Of a stretch of 64,000 bases of DNA, positions 1-14,251 are shown in pieces (position 1 is the first letter of the stretch; the number at the start of each line of letters is the position of its first letter). The position numbers were made by a program, and so were the translations under genes. The notes under the pieces are model-generated. The model was not told the DNA's origin and did not search any database. It saw only the letters and a program-made list of their open reading frames with translations. The DNA comes from Rhynchobatus australiae (taxonomy: Eukaryota). The stretch spans positions 64,872,976 to 64,936,975 of the forward strand of contig JAUZTB010000001.1 in assembly GCA_034780895.1 (NCBI GenBank), read 5' to 3'.

Positions 1-14
1 AGGCCAGACCATTC

Positions 15-425
15 TGTCACAATGTCAAGCAAAGAGCAAGCTCAGAGAACCCAAATGCAGCACACTGGGATGAGATTGGAGTCAGGATGCTTCCTCAGAA
101 CCAACTGCAGGCAGCAACCAGAAGGAATCTTACCTCAGGGCTCTGAGGTGGGGTCCCAAGATGAAAACTGGATATCCTAAGAGGAATAATGAAACTGGGA
201 CTGCTCTAGAGTTGCGAGCTCTAAGCAGCCAGGAGACAACATATACCCAAAGATTGACCATTACTCTGGCAACTAGTGCTAGTGAAACCAGGGATCTTAT
301 GCTAGTCTCCTGATGGGGCTCAGGTGTGTGTTGTTATGCAATTAGTAGTGCATGGACTGCATGTGCTGCACAACGAGGCACCATCAATGGAGCCGAATCA
401 AGGGCCAACACTCGGAACCATGACA
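15..425 (+). mobile_element. Solo-LTR-like element (TGTCA...TGACA, 411 bp)
   Basis: Short terminal inverted ends TGTCA/TGACA; homologous to copies at 47261-47367 and 58097-58402. Confidence 0.6.
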
Positions 426-2179
426 CCCTTATGCCTGGTCCATCTCTTGCCCATTGCCTGGAAATAGACTCATAAACACTGCATTGTTTTCATTATGGTG
501 ACAATTCACTTGCCCAGTCAGATCATTTCTGGCGATGGGGTCCTGAACCTGGAATTGCACACAGTGATGGCAAAATTTTCTGTATAATGTTAATGGGTTA
601 AAATACTCTCAATCTTGCCAAATATGGAGGCGGTTGACTGGAACTACACTGCTGACTGTGCATCATGCAATTGCACTGAAATCAGCCATGCACCAACAGT
701 GGGTGTTTGCCTGGAATATGTACAGACTATTACACCAAGGCATATAATTACCCCTCTAATATTGGTAATTGAAACAATAAAATGCTTATTAGGTATCAAT
801 GATGAGTGCAGCTTAATTTCAGACTCTTGTGTAAAACTTTATCTGAAGTCAGACTGTTATGAAACCATTTGCTGCAGGAGGTCCCTGATTTCTGAGTTTT
901 CATGCATTTGGAAATCAGTTTTCAGTTTTGGAGCCATGGACTATATTGCCACCCAAAAACCAGTCCATTTCCACCAGAAACTGCAGCCTAATAAACCTTA
1001 ATCAAATACTTAATAACAAATCTCCTGTTGTATGGCTTCCAACAAGTCAGAGGTTTTATAAGAATAGCGGTTTTAAGCCATTTCAAATTGGCAGGAAAAC
1101 TAAACTGTCAGCACTGGATCAAGGCACACATTCCAATCAATCCCCACCTAAAATGGTAATCATATCCTATTTTTATAATAAGACCCTAATATACACATTA
1201 ATAAAAAGGGGCCCATTGCCTGAAACAAGCAGGCGATTAAGACATATAATAGTAAGCCCTTTTACAAAATGAGCAGGCCACATTGCTGTTGCCAGGAAGG
1301 CCCCTGAATCCAATTTGAAGCTTATCTCGCCTTGTAATGCTGGATGAAAGGGATAAAAAGTTACTGCACTGCATTTATCCCACCAGCCACCTTCTCAGGC
1401 ACTCCTGCAACCCCTTAATGCACCATTTGGTAGTCCACTTTGCCCCATACCACTTTTCTGGTCGCTAGTCAGTCCCTGTGTCTCTGATCCCCCTCAGATA
1501 TCAATCTGCTTGAAGTAATAAGTGCAAAGTCACAAGACGGGGCCAAAAATGCACTCCTGAAGTATGCCCAGAGAACAGAATCAGAGTTTGCTATGTTGTT
1601 AGTGAGGGTGTTGATGTGCACTGTCTCTAATCCTGGAGAACAGTTTTGCTGAAAGTCGATGAGGTGCTGCCTGAGAAGAGCTACCTTTGTGTGGTCCTTG
1701 AGAGCTTGCAAACCTGCTCAGTTAAAGCAGATGTTCGGCGGCCAGGTTAGAATAACAGAGCAGATTAGATAGTGATCAGTCCAATAGTTATCAGTACTTA
1801 TTATGGCAGGGATCTTGCAATCACCTTTGCTGTTTCTTGAACGAATGATGATACCATCTAATAGGTGCCAATACTTGGACTAGGGATGCTACCATGACAT
1901 TGTGCTTTCTGGTGAAACAGTATTGGGAACGTCAAGACTAAGCTCCAACCATTGTGTCATGAGAAGGACCCCATTGGAGTTGGTCTTCCTTACCAATCAT
2001 ACCTTGTGAGGGGATTGTACTCTTTCCCACTCTGGCATTGGAGTTGCCCAGCAGGATCTTTGTCTCCCTCTGGCATGCAGTCCAAGAACTTTTCAAGGTC
2101 GGTTAGAAGCCCTCCTTTGTCTCATCTGAAGTTTCCAGGGATGGGATATAAGCACTGGTGACAATAGCTTACTGGTTCT

Positions 2180-2830
2180 GTGTTAGAGTGAGTCAAAGAG
2201 GTCATAAAGCATTGAGATCCCCACTGAAGTTCTAAAGATCAGCAGTGAAGAGCTACAGTCACAATTCCACAATGTCACCATCAACATCTGGAAAAAGGAG
2301 GACATATGAGGGGACCTCAGAGATGCTATAATCATAACTGTTTTCAAGAAAGGAGACAAGTCCATCTATAGTAATTACAGAATGATCTCCTTGCCATCTG
2401 CCACAGGGAAAGTCATGACCATGGCCCTAAAAATGCCTCGTCAGTGTCCACAGAGCTACTCCCTGAATCTAAGTATAGAATCTGTCTCTCCAGAGGCACA
2501 GTGGGCATGGTCTTTATTATGTGACAACCCCAGCAAAGATGCAGGAAGCAGCACCAACCCAGCATTTGTGGCCTTTCTTGACCTCACTAAAGCCTTTGAC
2601 TCCATTTAACTGAGATGGACAGTGGAGCAGTCTCCACAGATATTTGGCTCCATTTCAAGTTTGCTTCATGATAGCATGCACACTATGATCCTAACCAACA
2701 GGTCTACAAAAGAGGGAATCTCAGTGAAGTCCAATATCAAACAGGGATATATCATTTCCCTGACATTTTTTTCCAATCATTCTCCCTGCAATGTTGAACC
2801 TCACCTCTAAAAATATCCCTTCACAAGTGG
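2180..2830 (+). mobile_element. Decayed RTE-clade LINE reverse-transcriptase fragment
   Basis: Broken frames read IWKKED..DLRDAIIITVFKKGDKSIYSNYRMISL..ATGKV and AFVAFLDLTKAFDSI. Confidence 0.75.
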
Positions 2831-4009
2831 AACTAATTTTCTTTGCCAAGGTCGCCTGAACCTCAAGGTGGAGAAGGAACATTCAGGGTGACCTCGAGAG
2901 ATTTAAGTCCATGCACTGGGAGCTTGCAGAAGTACTGAGTAAATGGCAGAATGATCACACCACCTCACACACTATGCAACCACCCACTGTCTCAGGCATA
3001 TCTTAGCCCACCTGGGGTAGAGTCTGCAGTTACCACATTGACCTCATCAACCACTTTATACCCCACAAAACCAAAGTGAAAGCAAGTCATCCTGATCCCA
3101 AGGGACTGCTTAAAATGAAGAAAAGTTCAATCACACCTGAATGCTCCAACTCTAACTTTATCTACTCTGTGACAGGGATAATTAGGAGGTAAGCCATGAT
3201 ACCTGATATAAGTTTATTACTATATTGATTAAGCTATTGGTGGGAGCAATGTTTATGGTGGAGGACAAACTGAACAGCAGCTTCCCTAATGTGCATTGCA
3301 GAAGATGGCTATCCTATTTACACCAGCAGTCTCACTGTTATTCTTACCATAAAAGTTGGGCTATTATGATGCACACAATTCAGTTATGTGGGATAAGCTG
3401 AAGGGATTGATGGCTCTTTCGTGTTATTGGCTGTTCTTAATAAACGTTTACTTTGAGAAGCAACAAAAATCTCATAAAAGGGCTCAAATGTTGGACATTT
3501 GGATTGCAAAGGGAGAATGGTCAGCAATCCAACCACTATAAACCATGCCTTTGTTCTTTCTTCTGACCATACACAAAGCAATCAGTCACAACTTCTTCAA
3601 TGGGTCAATCTTCTTCCTCCTTCAAAATATTTGGGAAGAAGCAAAAAAAAAACTCTTAAATTATCACAGTATGAGGTGTTCACAATTGTCTACATTTCAA
3701 CATCTAACTGTATACAGATACCATGATGAAAAGTTCTTCAGCTTGCATATTCCAAATCCATGTATTTGACTGGAAGTCCTCTCCCAAGTGTTATGAAAAT
3801 TAACCAATGAAAATTCAACTTTTGGAGAGCTCAAGTGTTGAAGTAAACATTTTTGTAAAGATATTAATATGCAAAATGAATGCATTGCTGGCAATGATTT
3901 GTTCTGGTCAATGAGCATTAACTGTAATTTATTTAAATAAAGCAGGAATTAGGATTGTGGCAATTGAATTATTTGATGAAATATTGTAGAGGCTTCATGA
4001 GGACCATAT

Positions 4010-4940
4010 GGTTGCTGTGGATGTGGCTTTAAAAAATGTTCCACATAATAGACTTGTTAGCAATACTAAAGGCCATGAGATTGACGGGGGTGTGACTGTG
4101 TAGACATGTAATTGGCAAAGAGACAAAAAGCAGAAAGGAATGGTGAAAAGTTGTTTACCAGCCTGGAGGAAAATATTCACTGGGGTTTCCCAGGGGTCGA
4201 TATTGGAACCACAGCTCAACTTATATTTATCAATGACCCGGGCATTGGTGTATTGGGCATAATTTCAAATTCTACAGATCACAAAGCTTGGAAGCAGTGG
4301 GAAGGATAGTGGCAGACAGAACCTAATTGCTGAAACGAGTGTATATATGGTACAGTATATTAAATTTAATGCCAAGAAGTATAAAGTGATGTATTTTGGA
4401 AGGAAAATGAGTAGAAATATGCATTAAATGATTCAATTTGAAAACTGGTGTGGGAACGGAGAGATTGAATAGTTCACATACACAGTCTTTGAAGATGGCA
4501 GAACAGTTAAAAAGCTGTTCATAAAAGCTTATAGGATCTGTGTCTTTATAAATAGAAGAATAAAGTACAAAAGCAGTGAACTTAATCAGTCATTTCTGAA
4601 GATTTAGTGTAAGTCTCAGTCTGGAATATTGTGTTGAGTTCTGAACACCACATTTTAGGCAGGAAAAGCCTTGGGGAGGGAACAGAGAACTGAGGGATTT
4701 ATGTTTGGAGAGTGGAAGAGCCAAGATTGTCCTCCTCAGAACCAAGGGGGTTAAGGGGAGATTTAATCAAGAGGACATAAGCGGTTTTGATAATGGAGAA
4801 GCCCTGTTATCTGAAATTTGGTGTCTGAAGAATATAGTGAAATAAATTCAGTAGTAATTTTCAAAATGGAGTACTTGGAAAGGAAAAAACTTACAAGGCT
4901 GAAGAGAGAAAACAGGGAACTGAGATCACTTGGATTGTAG
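4010..4940 (+). mobile_element. Decayed CR1 LINE (RT to 3' end)
   Basis: VPHNRL, G.PQGSILEP.., IFINDP, LEYCVEF remnants with stops and frameshifts. Confidence 0.7.
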
Positions 4941-4944
4941 AATT

Positions 4945-5220
4945 GGCCCTTCAGCTCACTGGGTTGACACCAACCACTGAGTACCTATTTACACTAATTG
5001 GACATTAATCCCATTTTTTATTCTCCTCACATTCTCATCAGTCTGCCAGATTCCACTACTCACCTACACGCTAAGGGCATGAGAGAAAACAGGAGCAGCC
5101 AGGTGAAGCCCACACATTCACAGGGAGAATGTGCAAACAGCACACAGACAGCATCCGAGGTCAGGGTTGAACCTGGGTCCCTGGAGCTGTGGAGCAGCTC
5201 TGTGTCTTTACTGCCATCCT
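4945..5220 (-). mobile_element. V-SINE/HE1-like SINE
   Basis: Reverse complement shows a tRNA-like head (GGTTCAAC) and TGTGTGCTGTTTGCACATTCTCCCTGTG core shared with 37340-37625 and 61950-62277. Confidence 0.65.
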
Positions 5221-5254
5221 CCTCTCACATATATTCTCCAAGTACTCCTTCGAG

Positions 5255-6322
5255 TGCTCCATGATAGGCTGGTCTGGAAGGTTCAATCATATGGGATCCA
5301 GGGTAAGCTGACAAATTGGGTACAAAATGGCTTGGTATTAGGAGTCAGAGGATGATAGTGGAGAGTTGTTTTTCTAGATTAGAGGCCTGCAGCCAGTGGT
5401 GTGCCACAGGGATTATTGCTGGTTCTCCTGTTGTTTGTCATTTATATTAATGATATGGACAAGAATGTAGGAGGCAAGATTCGTAAGTCTACAGAGTTAA
5501 GTGGACAGAGAAAAACTTGTCTAAGGTTACAATGGGATCTAGATCAACTGAGAAAGTGGGCAAAGGAACAGCAGATGGAATTTAACTCAGACAAGTGTGA
5601 AGTGAGGCACTTTGGGAAGTTAAATCAGGGCAGGACTTATCCAGTGTTGCAAAACAGAGAGACCTAGGGGCACAAGTACATAGTTCCCTGAAACTGTGAC
5701 ACAGGTAGGCAAAGTGGTGAAGAAGTCATATGGCATGCTTGCATTCATTGGACGGGGAAGTGCGTACAAGTGTTTGGAAGTCTTTTTACAGCTACATAGA
5801 ACATTGGTGAGACCGCACCTGGAATACTGTGTGCAATTCTGGTCACCATGTGATAGGAAGGATGTAATTAAGCCAGAGAGGGTGCAGAAAGAATTCACGA
5901 GGATGTTGCCTGGACTGGAGGACTTATAAGGAGAAATTGGATAAGCTGAGACTGTTTTCTCTGGGGTGAAGGAGGCTAAGGAGTGATGTTGTACAGGTTT
6001 ATAAAATCACAAGGGACATATGTAGGGTAGATAGCCACAGCCTTTTTCCCCCGCAGTAGGGGAGTCTAAAATTAGAAGGCATGGGTTTAAAGTGAGATAG
6101 GAAAGATTTAAAGGAAACCTGAGGGCCAAGTTTTTCAACACAGTAGGTGGTGGGTATATGGAATGAGCTGCCAGAGGAAGTGGTAGAGGCAGGTACAGTT
6201 ACAATGTTTAAAAGACAGGTTCATGGATAGGAAAGGTTTAAGGGTTATGGGCCAAATGCGGGCAAATAGGACCAGGTCAGGTAGGCATGGATGAGTTGGG
6301 CCTAAGCTCTATAACTCTATGG
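5255..6322 (+). mobile_element. CR1 LINE 3' fragment (RT C-terminal half and 3' tail)
   Basis: HDRLVWKVQSYGIQG, VPQG..LFVIYINDMD, LQWDLDQLRKWA..QMEFNSDKCEV, LVRPHLEYCVQFWSP; ends in a CTCTATAACTCTAT tail. Confidence 0.9.
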
Positions 6323-6594
6323 CTCTTCTGAGAAGTTGTTTACTTGAGTGTCTCCAGTATTTTCTGTTTTTATTTCAGGTTTCTTGCATCTTACTTTTGT
6401 GCTGTCCCCAGCATGCTGGCGAGTACTTAGCACTCAACCCATAAACCATATTACTATGTACAGATTATATCACCATTATCATGCTGTTGTTTCTGGGAAT
6501 GTCACTGTGCACATCTTGGCTTTTAAGTGCATCCTTGGGACTTGGGCATTGTGTGGAAGACAAACATTTAATACCTCTCACTAATCATTGCTAG

Positions 6595-6855
6595 ACTATT
6601 GAAAAGGCAGTTGAAAATCGACCATCAGCAGTGGGTCTGAAGTCACATACAGACCGACCAACCTAAACAGGGATGGCAACTGTCCTTCTCAAATGGACAT
6701 GAAGGAATTAGATGTAGTTTTGTGACAATCTAATGGTTTCACATTCATTATTACCAAAACTATCTTTGTATTCCAAATTNNNNNNNNNNCATCTTTGAAA
6801 ATTTGGTCCAGATCTCTGGATTACTAATCCAGTTAAATACCCACTATGTCACTAA
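6595..6855 (-). mobile_element. tRNA-derived SINE (family shared with 33500-33940 and 36400-36605)
   Basis: Homologous body among the copies; head TAGTGG..ACTGGATTAGTAATCCAGAG on the minus strand. Confidence 0.5.
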
Positions 6856-9844
6856 ACACTGTAGACTAACATGTTTCCTACCTCACAAAAGCAAGTACAG
6901 ATCAAAAGCACGTTGTTGGCTATCCAGTGCTTGGAACATACTGAGGTTATGTACGGTGCTAAATATATAAAAATCTTTTCCCTTTTCAAACGCCCATCCT
7001 GTGTGTTCTGTAATTCGATTCCATGACTGTTTAAATTGGCATATCCATCGAAAGTTGTGCTTTAGTAGGGAAATTCAAATAAAAGTATTTACAAAGGAAA
7101 TGTTAAGCAGTGACCTGAAAGATTGACAAGGATTGTGACTGCAGCAATAGATCTTTGAGGCTAAAAAAGACAAAGATTTTAATCAGGGACTGACCTAGAT
7201 CTTAGAGGCTGGCGAAATGACGGTACCTACCACTAGCCTGCAAGAAACCTGCCAGGAAAGATCCAGCGATCTTGGTAGCGTGGATTCCAACTGTCTGCAT
7301 CCAAAAGTAGTTACGTCATCAACTCAGCTAACCCAATCCAATGACCGGCAGCAAACCCCAATTTTTAACAAACTTATTTACAGAGGGTAAAAGAAAGATT
7401 CGGACACGCCTAAGATAAAAGCTGAAGTTGAAACTTCACATTTGTAAAAATGTTTTCTTTTCTTATTTTGAAATAAATTATGTTTTGAGATGTTCATCTG
7501 AGGAATTGATAATTTATCATATAACTTTATCAGAGCTAGAGAGGTTGGTGAGCAGTATTTCTAGTTTAGCACTATATTAAAGCCTCACTTACACCTCCTA
7601 CGACGTTTTCAGGGATTCCCTACAGAGGAAAGCGTTGCTGTTTGCCCGAAGTCTGGTTCACTGACTTCTGAAGCTTCAAAATAGCGCACCCGGAGGAGGA
7701 GAAGGGAATCGCCGGCAGCAATTTCTGGATTTCCACTAGTGCACATGTAAGTACTCCAAATAGTGGAGTCGGTTTCACGGTCTTAATTACTGCCAATGTT
7801 GACTACTGCCATCACCAGAAATGCAAAATCTGGACTATAACATTTTCTAAAACGTTAAACACTGCAGGGGATAATGTTGATTTTCAATGCCTGGCAGTAA
7901 TCTGATAGAGTAGATGTATTCAGTTGAAATCATTGTAATGAAAATCACCAGTGTGTTACGTGCAGACAGGTGATTGCACATCACAAAAATCACTGCTTGG
8001 GCTGCGAAGCTGAAGTATTAGCACAACATAAGAATGTACATTTATTTTATATCGCAGTTTCCTTAATCTTGGGACACCCCTAAATTCTACAACAATGGAG
8101 TACACCTCTGTAATAGGCATATTACAAGATCAGGAAGAGCGATCTGTATCATAATATCCACACTATACACCGACCTTGGCTCCATAACTAGCAAAAATAC
8201 ATGGACTTCTGATTTTTTAAATTATAATTAATGTAGCATCCACTTTTTTTTTCCTGTCGTAGAGAATTACTTTACCGACATTTGTCCGAAGTAGTGTCTC
8301 CTGACCGATTTAGACTCCCCTCCCAGCGAAAGAAAATCCTCCGATTTACTGAACCATTGCTATCTAAACTAAAAGAAAACCAATTAAATATACTATGCCA
8401 GGGAATACGTCTAGTTTATGTAATCCTTGGAGTCTTGCTGACATTTAGAAGAATCTGCAAAGCACTCCTCCCAATGCCAATATATTATTTGTACTGTCAA
8501 CGAGTCCCCTTACAGTATAGCTGTGAATAAATTTCCTACGTTTGCACGTTTTCTTTAACACTTATTTTATTTGACAATAATGAAGTAAGTGGCGACAGGA
8601 ATATTATAACGTAATGTATAAAATAATTAACTTCAGAACAATTACTGCACATTGGAGCTATCTTTGATTATGCAGTATCTGCAGCTTTCAAACTGGTCAC
8701 TGGCAATATATCTCATTACTGCTGAGTGTTGCCAGCGAGGCACTCCAAGATGAAGCGTTTAGAATATTTGGTGGGATTGGGTGTCTTGAAGTCAATTAGT
8801 CCAAGGAAGAGAAATCTATTTCTCACCAACACGAATGAATTTACCGATGGAATTCACGGATGATCCCTGTCGTTTAACGTGAACAACCGCGAGATCAGTT
8901 CAGGCGACGATGCTTCAGCAGTGCGGGGGCGCGTTTATGAGTCAGTCTCATTAACCGGGAAACTTCCCTTTTACACAGATTGTAGACAGGTGCAACGGAC
9001 TCGACTCATAAAGCGAGCAAAACTCATTAGTGTTCCGTCTCACAGACGTTTCACCTCCCGAGGGGTCTTTCAAAACCTGCCCGCAGTGATATCCGATTAA
9101 AAGGACTGTCTGTTGCATCGATTCTTTTTAGTCTGCTCTTGGGTTTGCAAGGAAAACGGTTACTAATGAAATCCGTTTGACTTTTGCAAAACTGTACTTG
9201 GTCGAAATGAAATTCAACAGGAAAACGTAAAATAGAAACCCCCATTCGTCATCCCTGCCATTCTACATGTTCACCCGACTTAAAAGCCCCAGTTGTCAAT
9301 TTCATGTTCACGAGGCTGAAATAGCTTTTATTGAGTCTAATTGAAACTAATGCTGATACACGACACACAAAAGCTCCACGTGTTCGTGCAGAATAAAGGA
9401 AAATGCGACCCCGGGAGAGATCCGGCACAGCGTACGAACAAACCGTTTTGCAATCGGGATAACCTGTATAATTTACACCTTTACCAGAAATGAGCGTTCA
9501 AGTGGTTCGATTCTTCACTCTGCCAATGTCAGAAAAGTCGTAATCCTATCAATGTCTAAATAGGCGCACAAGGGAATAAACGAATATACAGGGGAGATGA
9601 GAAAATAGAGATTAAAATAAGCAAACTACAGCGGACACTGGAGATGTGAAGTAAAAGCAGGAACATAAGTTCTCTCTCTATAGATACTGCCTAACCTGCT
9701 GGGTATTTCCAATATTTTCTGTCTCGTCAGATTTGCATTTGTATAGCACATTCATTTTCTTTCCCCTTCATGTGAAAATTCTCGTGTATGGAGCTTCTGT
9801 GAGTATGTGAGTAACCCCTGTCTTCATCTACTATAAATTTGTTA

Positions 9845-10230
9845 AAGACTTGCATTGATATAGCGTCGTGCTCGTCACTTACAGACCTTCCGATGAAGTA
9901 CTATTGAAGTGAAGTCACTGTTGGGTTGCAGGTTTGCGGTCGCCAATTCGTGCACAGCAAGCTCCCATAAACAGCAATGTGATAATAACTACATTATCTG
10001 TTTTGATTATTCTGAATAAGAGATAAGCATTGAACAGATCACCAGATCTGGTTTCTTTGTAATAGTAGCAAGAGATACTTTGTAGGCACCGCGAAACTGG
10101 AGGACGGATCTCCGGCAGGGTAAAATCCCCTCAGATCTGCCCTGGAGTATCAGGTTAGATGTTTGCAAAAAGGTCTGCGAGGAGAGGCTTAAACCCAGAA
10201 GTAAGAGAGCTACCGAATCGCAGGTGACAC
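9845..10230 (-). mobile_element. Deu-domain SINE (SacSINE1/AmnSINE-like)
   Basis: Reverse complement has TTATCACATTGCTGTTTATGGGAGCTTGCTGTGCACGAATTGGCG..ACAGTGACTTCACTTCAA..CAATGCAAGTCTT, matching the recalled Deu-SINE body. Confidence 0.7.
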
Positions 10231-13200
10231 TGACGCATTATCTATCTTATGTATGGTAGTTGTAGCTGGCGCTGGCGCAGTTCTCTTATAACGGCTCCAG
10301 CAGCATTTCTATTACAACAATAAGATGCCCCTCTCTCCTGTGAGTCCACCGGAGTCGATCATACTGCGATTCTAGTCAAAAATAGAATTTAACCCTAAGC
10401 AGACAATTGAGTATTAACTTTGGAGCTAGTTCCTTGGAACTGAGTGCGGGGGAGTGGGGAACAATGCAGTGTAATAAATCTGGCAATGATTTGGATCACA
10501 TGGGAACACAGCTGGACATGCTGCAGAGAAGTGCGTGTTAAGAGCAAAATGCCGGCGCGTCGCGGAGACTCGCTCTCTGCAGCTGTGNNNNNNNNNNNNN
10601 NNNNNNNNNNNNNNNNNNNNNNNNNNNNNNNNNNNNNNNNNNNNNNNNNNNNNNNNNNNNNNNNNNNNNNNNCAAGTACCTGCCACTATATCGCTCATTT
10701 ACACGCACCGGGCACAGGGTAAAAATGCGGATTGGTTTGGCTGTAAACGGACAGGAGTCGGTAAGGATAGTCGACGAAACCCAATCCTTGAATCGACTAC
10801 CAAAATACTAGAAAGCTGTAGAGAGGAACTGTTAAAATCATCTCAGTACCTGCAATATTTCTAATCGTAATACAAAGCCTTTAGTACGGTTAAAAAAATA
10901 TCCCTCGCTTACAATAGCATCTTGTAATAATTATTTTATAGTCCAGCACCGTAAAGCTTAATATGTGTGCTTAAGATTTTTAATTTCTCGATTCGCCTGA
11001 CCTGACGCACACATATGAGCATAAACAAAACAATCAGATATGCGCGATATCCGCCGCGCCGCTACATTTGGGCTCTGGGATGTGCATATATTGTCCTGAG
11101 GAATGAGCATCGAGGCTTATTATTCTCGTCTCACCTTCACATAGAGATTCAGTGTATACCAGCTCTGTATAAGTCAGTCAGTGGAGCAGTGTTGATTGGA
11201 TTGACGGATCGACAGTTTAACGTCTGGGCAGCCACTTAAATTGGAACATTATTGTTGCGCATATACTTCCACGTAACCTGTGTTTGAGTCGGATAACCAC
11301 AGTTGTTGTTTGTAGAAATCAACATAATCAAAATTCGGATAACTACCACTCATTAGTTAGAATGTGGAATTCTGTATCCATAATTCATAATTGTTAAATA
11401 AACTGCAATTAATTTGCCTCTGCCTTTACAATTGTTCCCCTAAAGAAAGTTAATTGACCTTAATGATGCTTCTTTAGAATAAAATATACGATAAATCTGG
11501 TGGATACTAACATACTGAAATCTCTGAACCATTAAATATATGCTCCAAGTGAACACACGTTTATCTGCATAATGTTCATTAATTGCACATTACAGAAGTT
11601 TAGACATTTAATGATAAAATGGTTATTGGCTAATTCAAAGTACAGATTGTTAAACTTTAGAAAATAGCAATAAATGTGAATTGAAATGATACCAAGATGT
11701 TTAAAATCTAATTTGACAGAGCTGAAAGCTAAGGCAAGAAACTTTCTTCCATTTTACACAGACTCACTGATCAGAAAACTCTGCCGTGATCCATAAATTC
11801 TTTAACCTCCCTGGTTCAACGACGAAACAGGCAGGCGGCGCAGGTTTAGTGTCAGGTCATCTGGGGGGTTCGCAGGTTAAATGTACATGATGTAGGACGA
11901 AAGAACAAGCATTGGATATCGCCTTTCTGGCTTTGACCCACGTAAGATAGATAACACTTCGAATTTAAACTAAGTTCTTCATTTTACCAGTCGTTAATTG
12001 GGGTTTGCGAACACGCCATACCACACCTGGAATAGTCTCTCATTCTCACTCTCTCACTCCACAACTTCCACTTTCCATTTTTGTAGAGTTTTTCCCCCCG
12101 TAGTTTTAGCATGCTTTAAAATAGTTGTGCAAAGATATAAAACATACACTGAAGGAACCAAGAGAAACCTACAGGAACACTCTCGCAAACATTCGGTCGA
12201 AAATAGTGCTTCCTGATTCCCACAACGTATTATGACCTTCGCTTATTTGTCGTATTTTTGGGAAGAACGTAAATGAAGCTGAAGGTGGCTTCGTCCAGTT
12301 CGTGTAACAGACTAGCCGGTTAGCAACAGAATCGTTGGAAGTTCAACATTCTTATCATGCACAGAATGTACTAGTTAATTCTGGCGGAGTTAATTTCACA
12401 AGACACGAAATTGTATTGAGACATTTAGGGAAGAAGAGGTTGGAAAAGGTTTAGTATGGCAGCAATCCGGGATGCGATTCCGTCGCTTAAAGCTTCCTCT
12501 TTAGATGTTATGAACAACATCCGGAAAAGATCAGCGAATCCTTTAGAAAGGATTCACGTTTTTCTATCATTTCTAAATTAAAGTTTCCATCTGCAACAAG
12601 TGAATGGGTGCTTCTCCCACCTCCGTGCCGAATAGAAGAGGTATGCACCTCCTAATTGCGAACATCATATCGAGTTAAATATGCCTCGATCAGAAATGTG
12701 TTTATATTTGTCTGACAGCTGCCATGTGTTTCGATTCGTCGACATTTTTACCAGAATATGTGGTGTTGCCTCCAAGTTTCGGTGCACATTTGAGTTTTAA
12801 AACCCCCTGGCTCCCTGTTATACTCGCGTAATGGCGAACAGTGTTCGGTCCATTATACACACTGTTTGCACTTTGACTTATAGTGGCAAAAGTAGGGATA
12901 AGACGGTAAACGAGGTGGACTCCAGACATGAAGTGACTCAGGTCAGAAAACTGACGTGTCTGGTAGTGGAGCCATTTTATGACGATACAGAAAAGGAGAA
13001 GTGGAAATGTTATGGGAAATTTTTGGATATTTTATGGGTCCCGCGAGCAAAGATTTGATAGTCAATTGATGCCTGATCGTCGTTCCATAATTTTAAGTGA
13101 TTGAAAGTGCGCGGTCGTATCAGTAAAATATTCAGATTCATTCATTGATGAGTCTTCTCACGAGCACTGATTCTGAAGCTAGGTACTTAACAGTGGCGCC

Positions 13201-14176
13201 AAATCCCACCAAACATGCATGTTCCGTTTCCACAGAGTGAAGTGGGGTGGCTGGGGGAGGGGGGGTGGGAAAGACCATCTTTCAAATCGAAAGATGCTGT
13301 ATTGAACGTCGTGATCACCGTGGTGACCCACCAACTCTCAACCCAAACCAATCCCAATGTGTTTGCTGAAAATTGAAGGGGTAGAGCTGGAGATGAGCGG
13401 ATGGCGCCTCGGACAGGTGGGCACAAGCTCAGAGTGGGAACTTCACCGTGAGAGTGGGCCCTTTTGACTTCCAGTAAAAGTGAGGAGAAGCAGGTATGCT
13501 TGGCCAGTGTGTCCACCTTGGGTCGGAAGCAATGAGGCCGTTTTCAAGTCCCCCAACTCGCAGGCTGCCCAGATTCGGGCCCTGGCCTGGAGGCATTTGG
13601 TGTTCAATCAGCGTAAAGAGCGTAATATATACCAAGCAAAATTTTGCAATGTGCGAAGTTTGTTAAAATATGTATCTTCCCTCTAAAACTAGGTATTTAA
13701 TCCAATCGCTCTGTACTACTCTCCTAGATTAAGCGATGCATTATTAGATGGTAGAATAACTCCAGGATCCCTTAAGAGTTTAACCTTGTCAAATAGTTGG
13801 GTTTTGTAATTATTTATAACGTAGATGACTGGGCAGTTGGAACACAAATGTGCTGTAGACTCTATCGTTATTCTACCAAGTAAACAGAATTTCAGTTCAC
13901 GCGGTTTGACACTTTTCCGCTATTGAAACCCATACTTTCCACTGGACGCTGTAATGTACAGTTTAGCCTTTTCTGCAAATATAACCCCCCCCCCACCCCC
14001 ACGCACACACAGGCACACACAAATTCTACGACCCGCTCTGTCATCGACATATGTTGTGCACTATTTTTTTCTAAATCAAGACGTGTTCTTGGGCAGGAAA
14101 TAGGAGTCCTCGAAGGTGCACCTGGAATGGGGCTTGCTATCGACTGGAACCTTTCGGATCTATCTATCTATCTACG

Positions 14177-14179
14177 CTC

Positions 14180-14240
<61 letters not shown>

Positions 14241-14251
14241 CCCCCCCCCCC
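14177..14251. repeat. (CT)n microsatellite followed by a poly-C run
   Basis: Seen directly. Confidence 0.95.

Noticed and set aside
615-1272. 128-aa and 114-aa ORFs
   Set aside because: No recognisable domain, non-ATG starts; chance ORFs in intergenic DNA.
10501-10514. TGGGAA-CA-CAGCTG as a PTF1 composite site
   Set aside because: Spacing between the TC-box and E-box is shorter than the one helical turn PTF1 requires.
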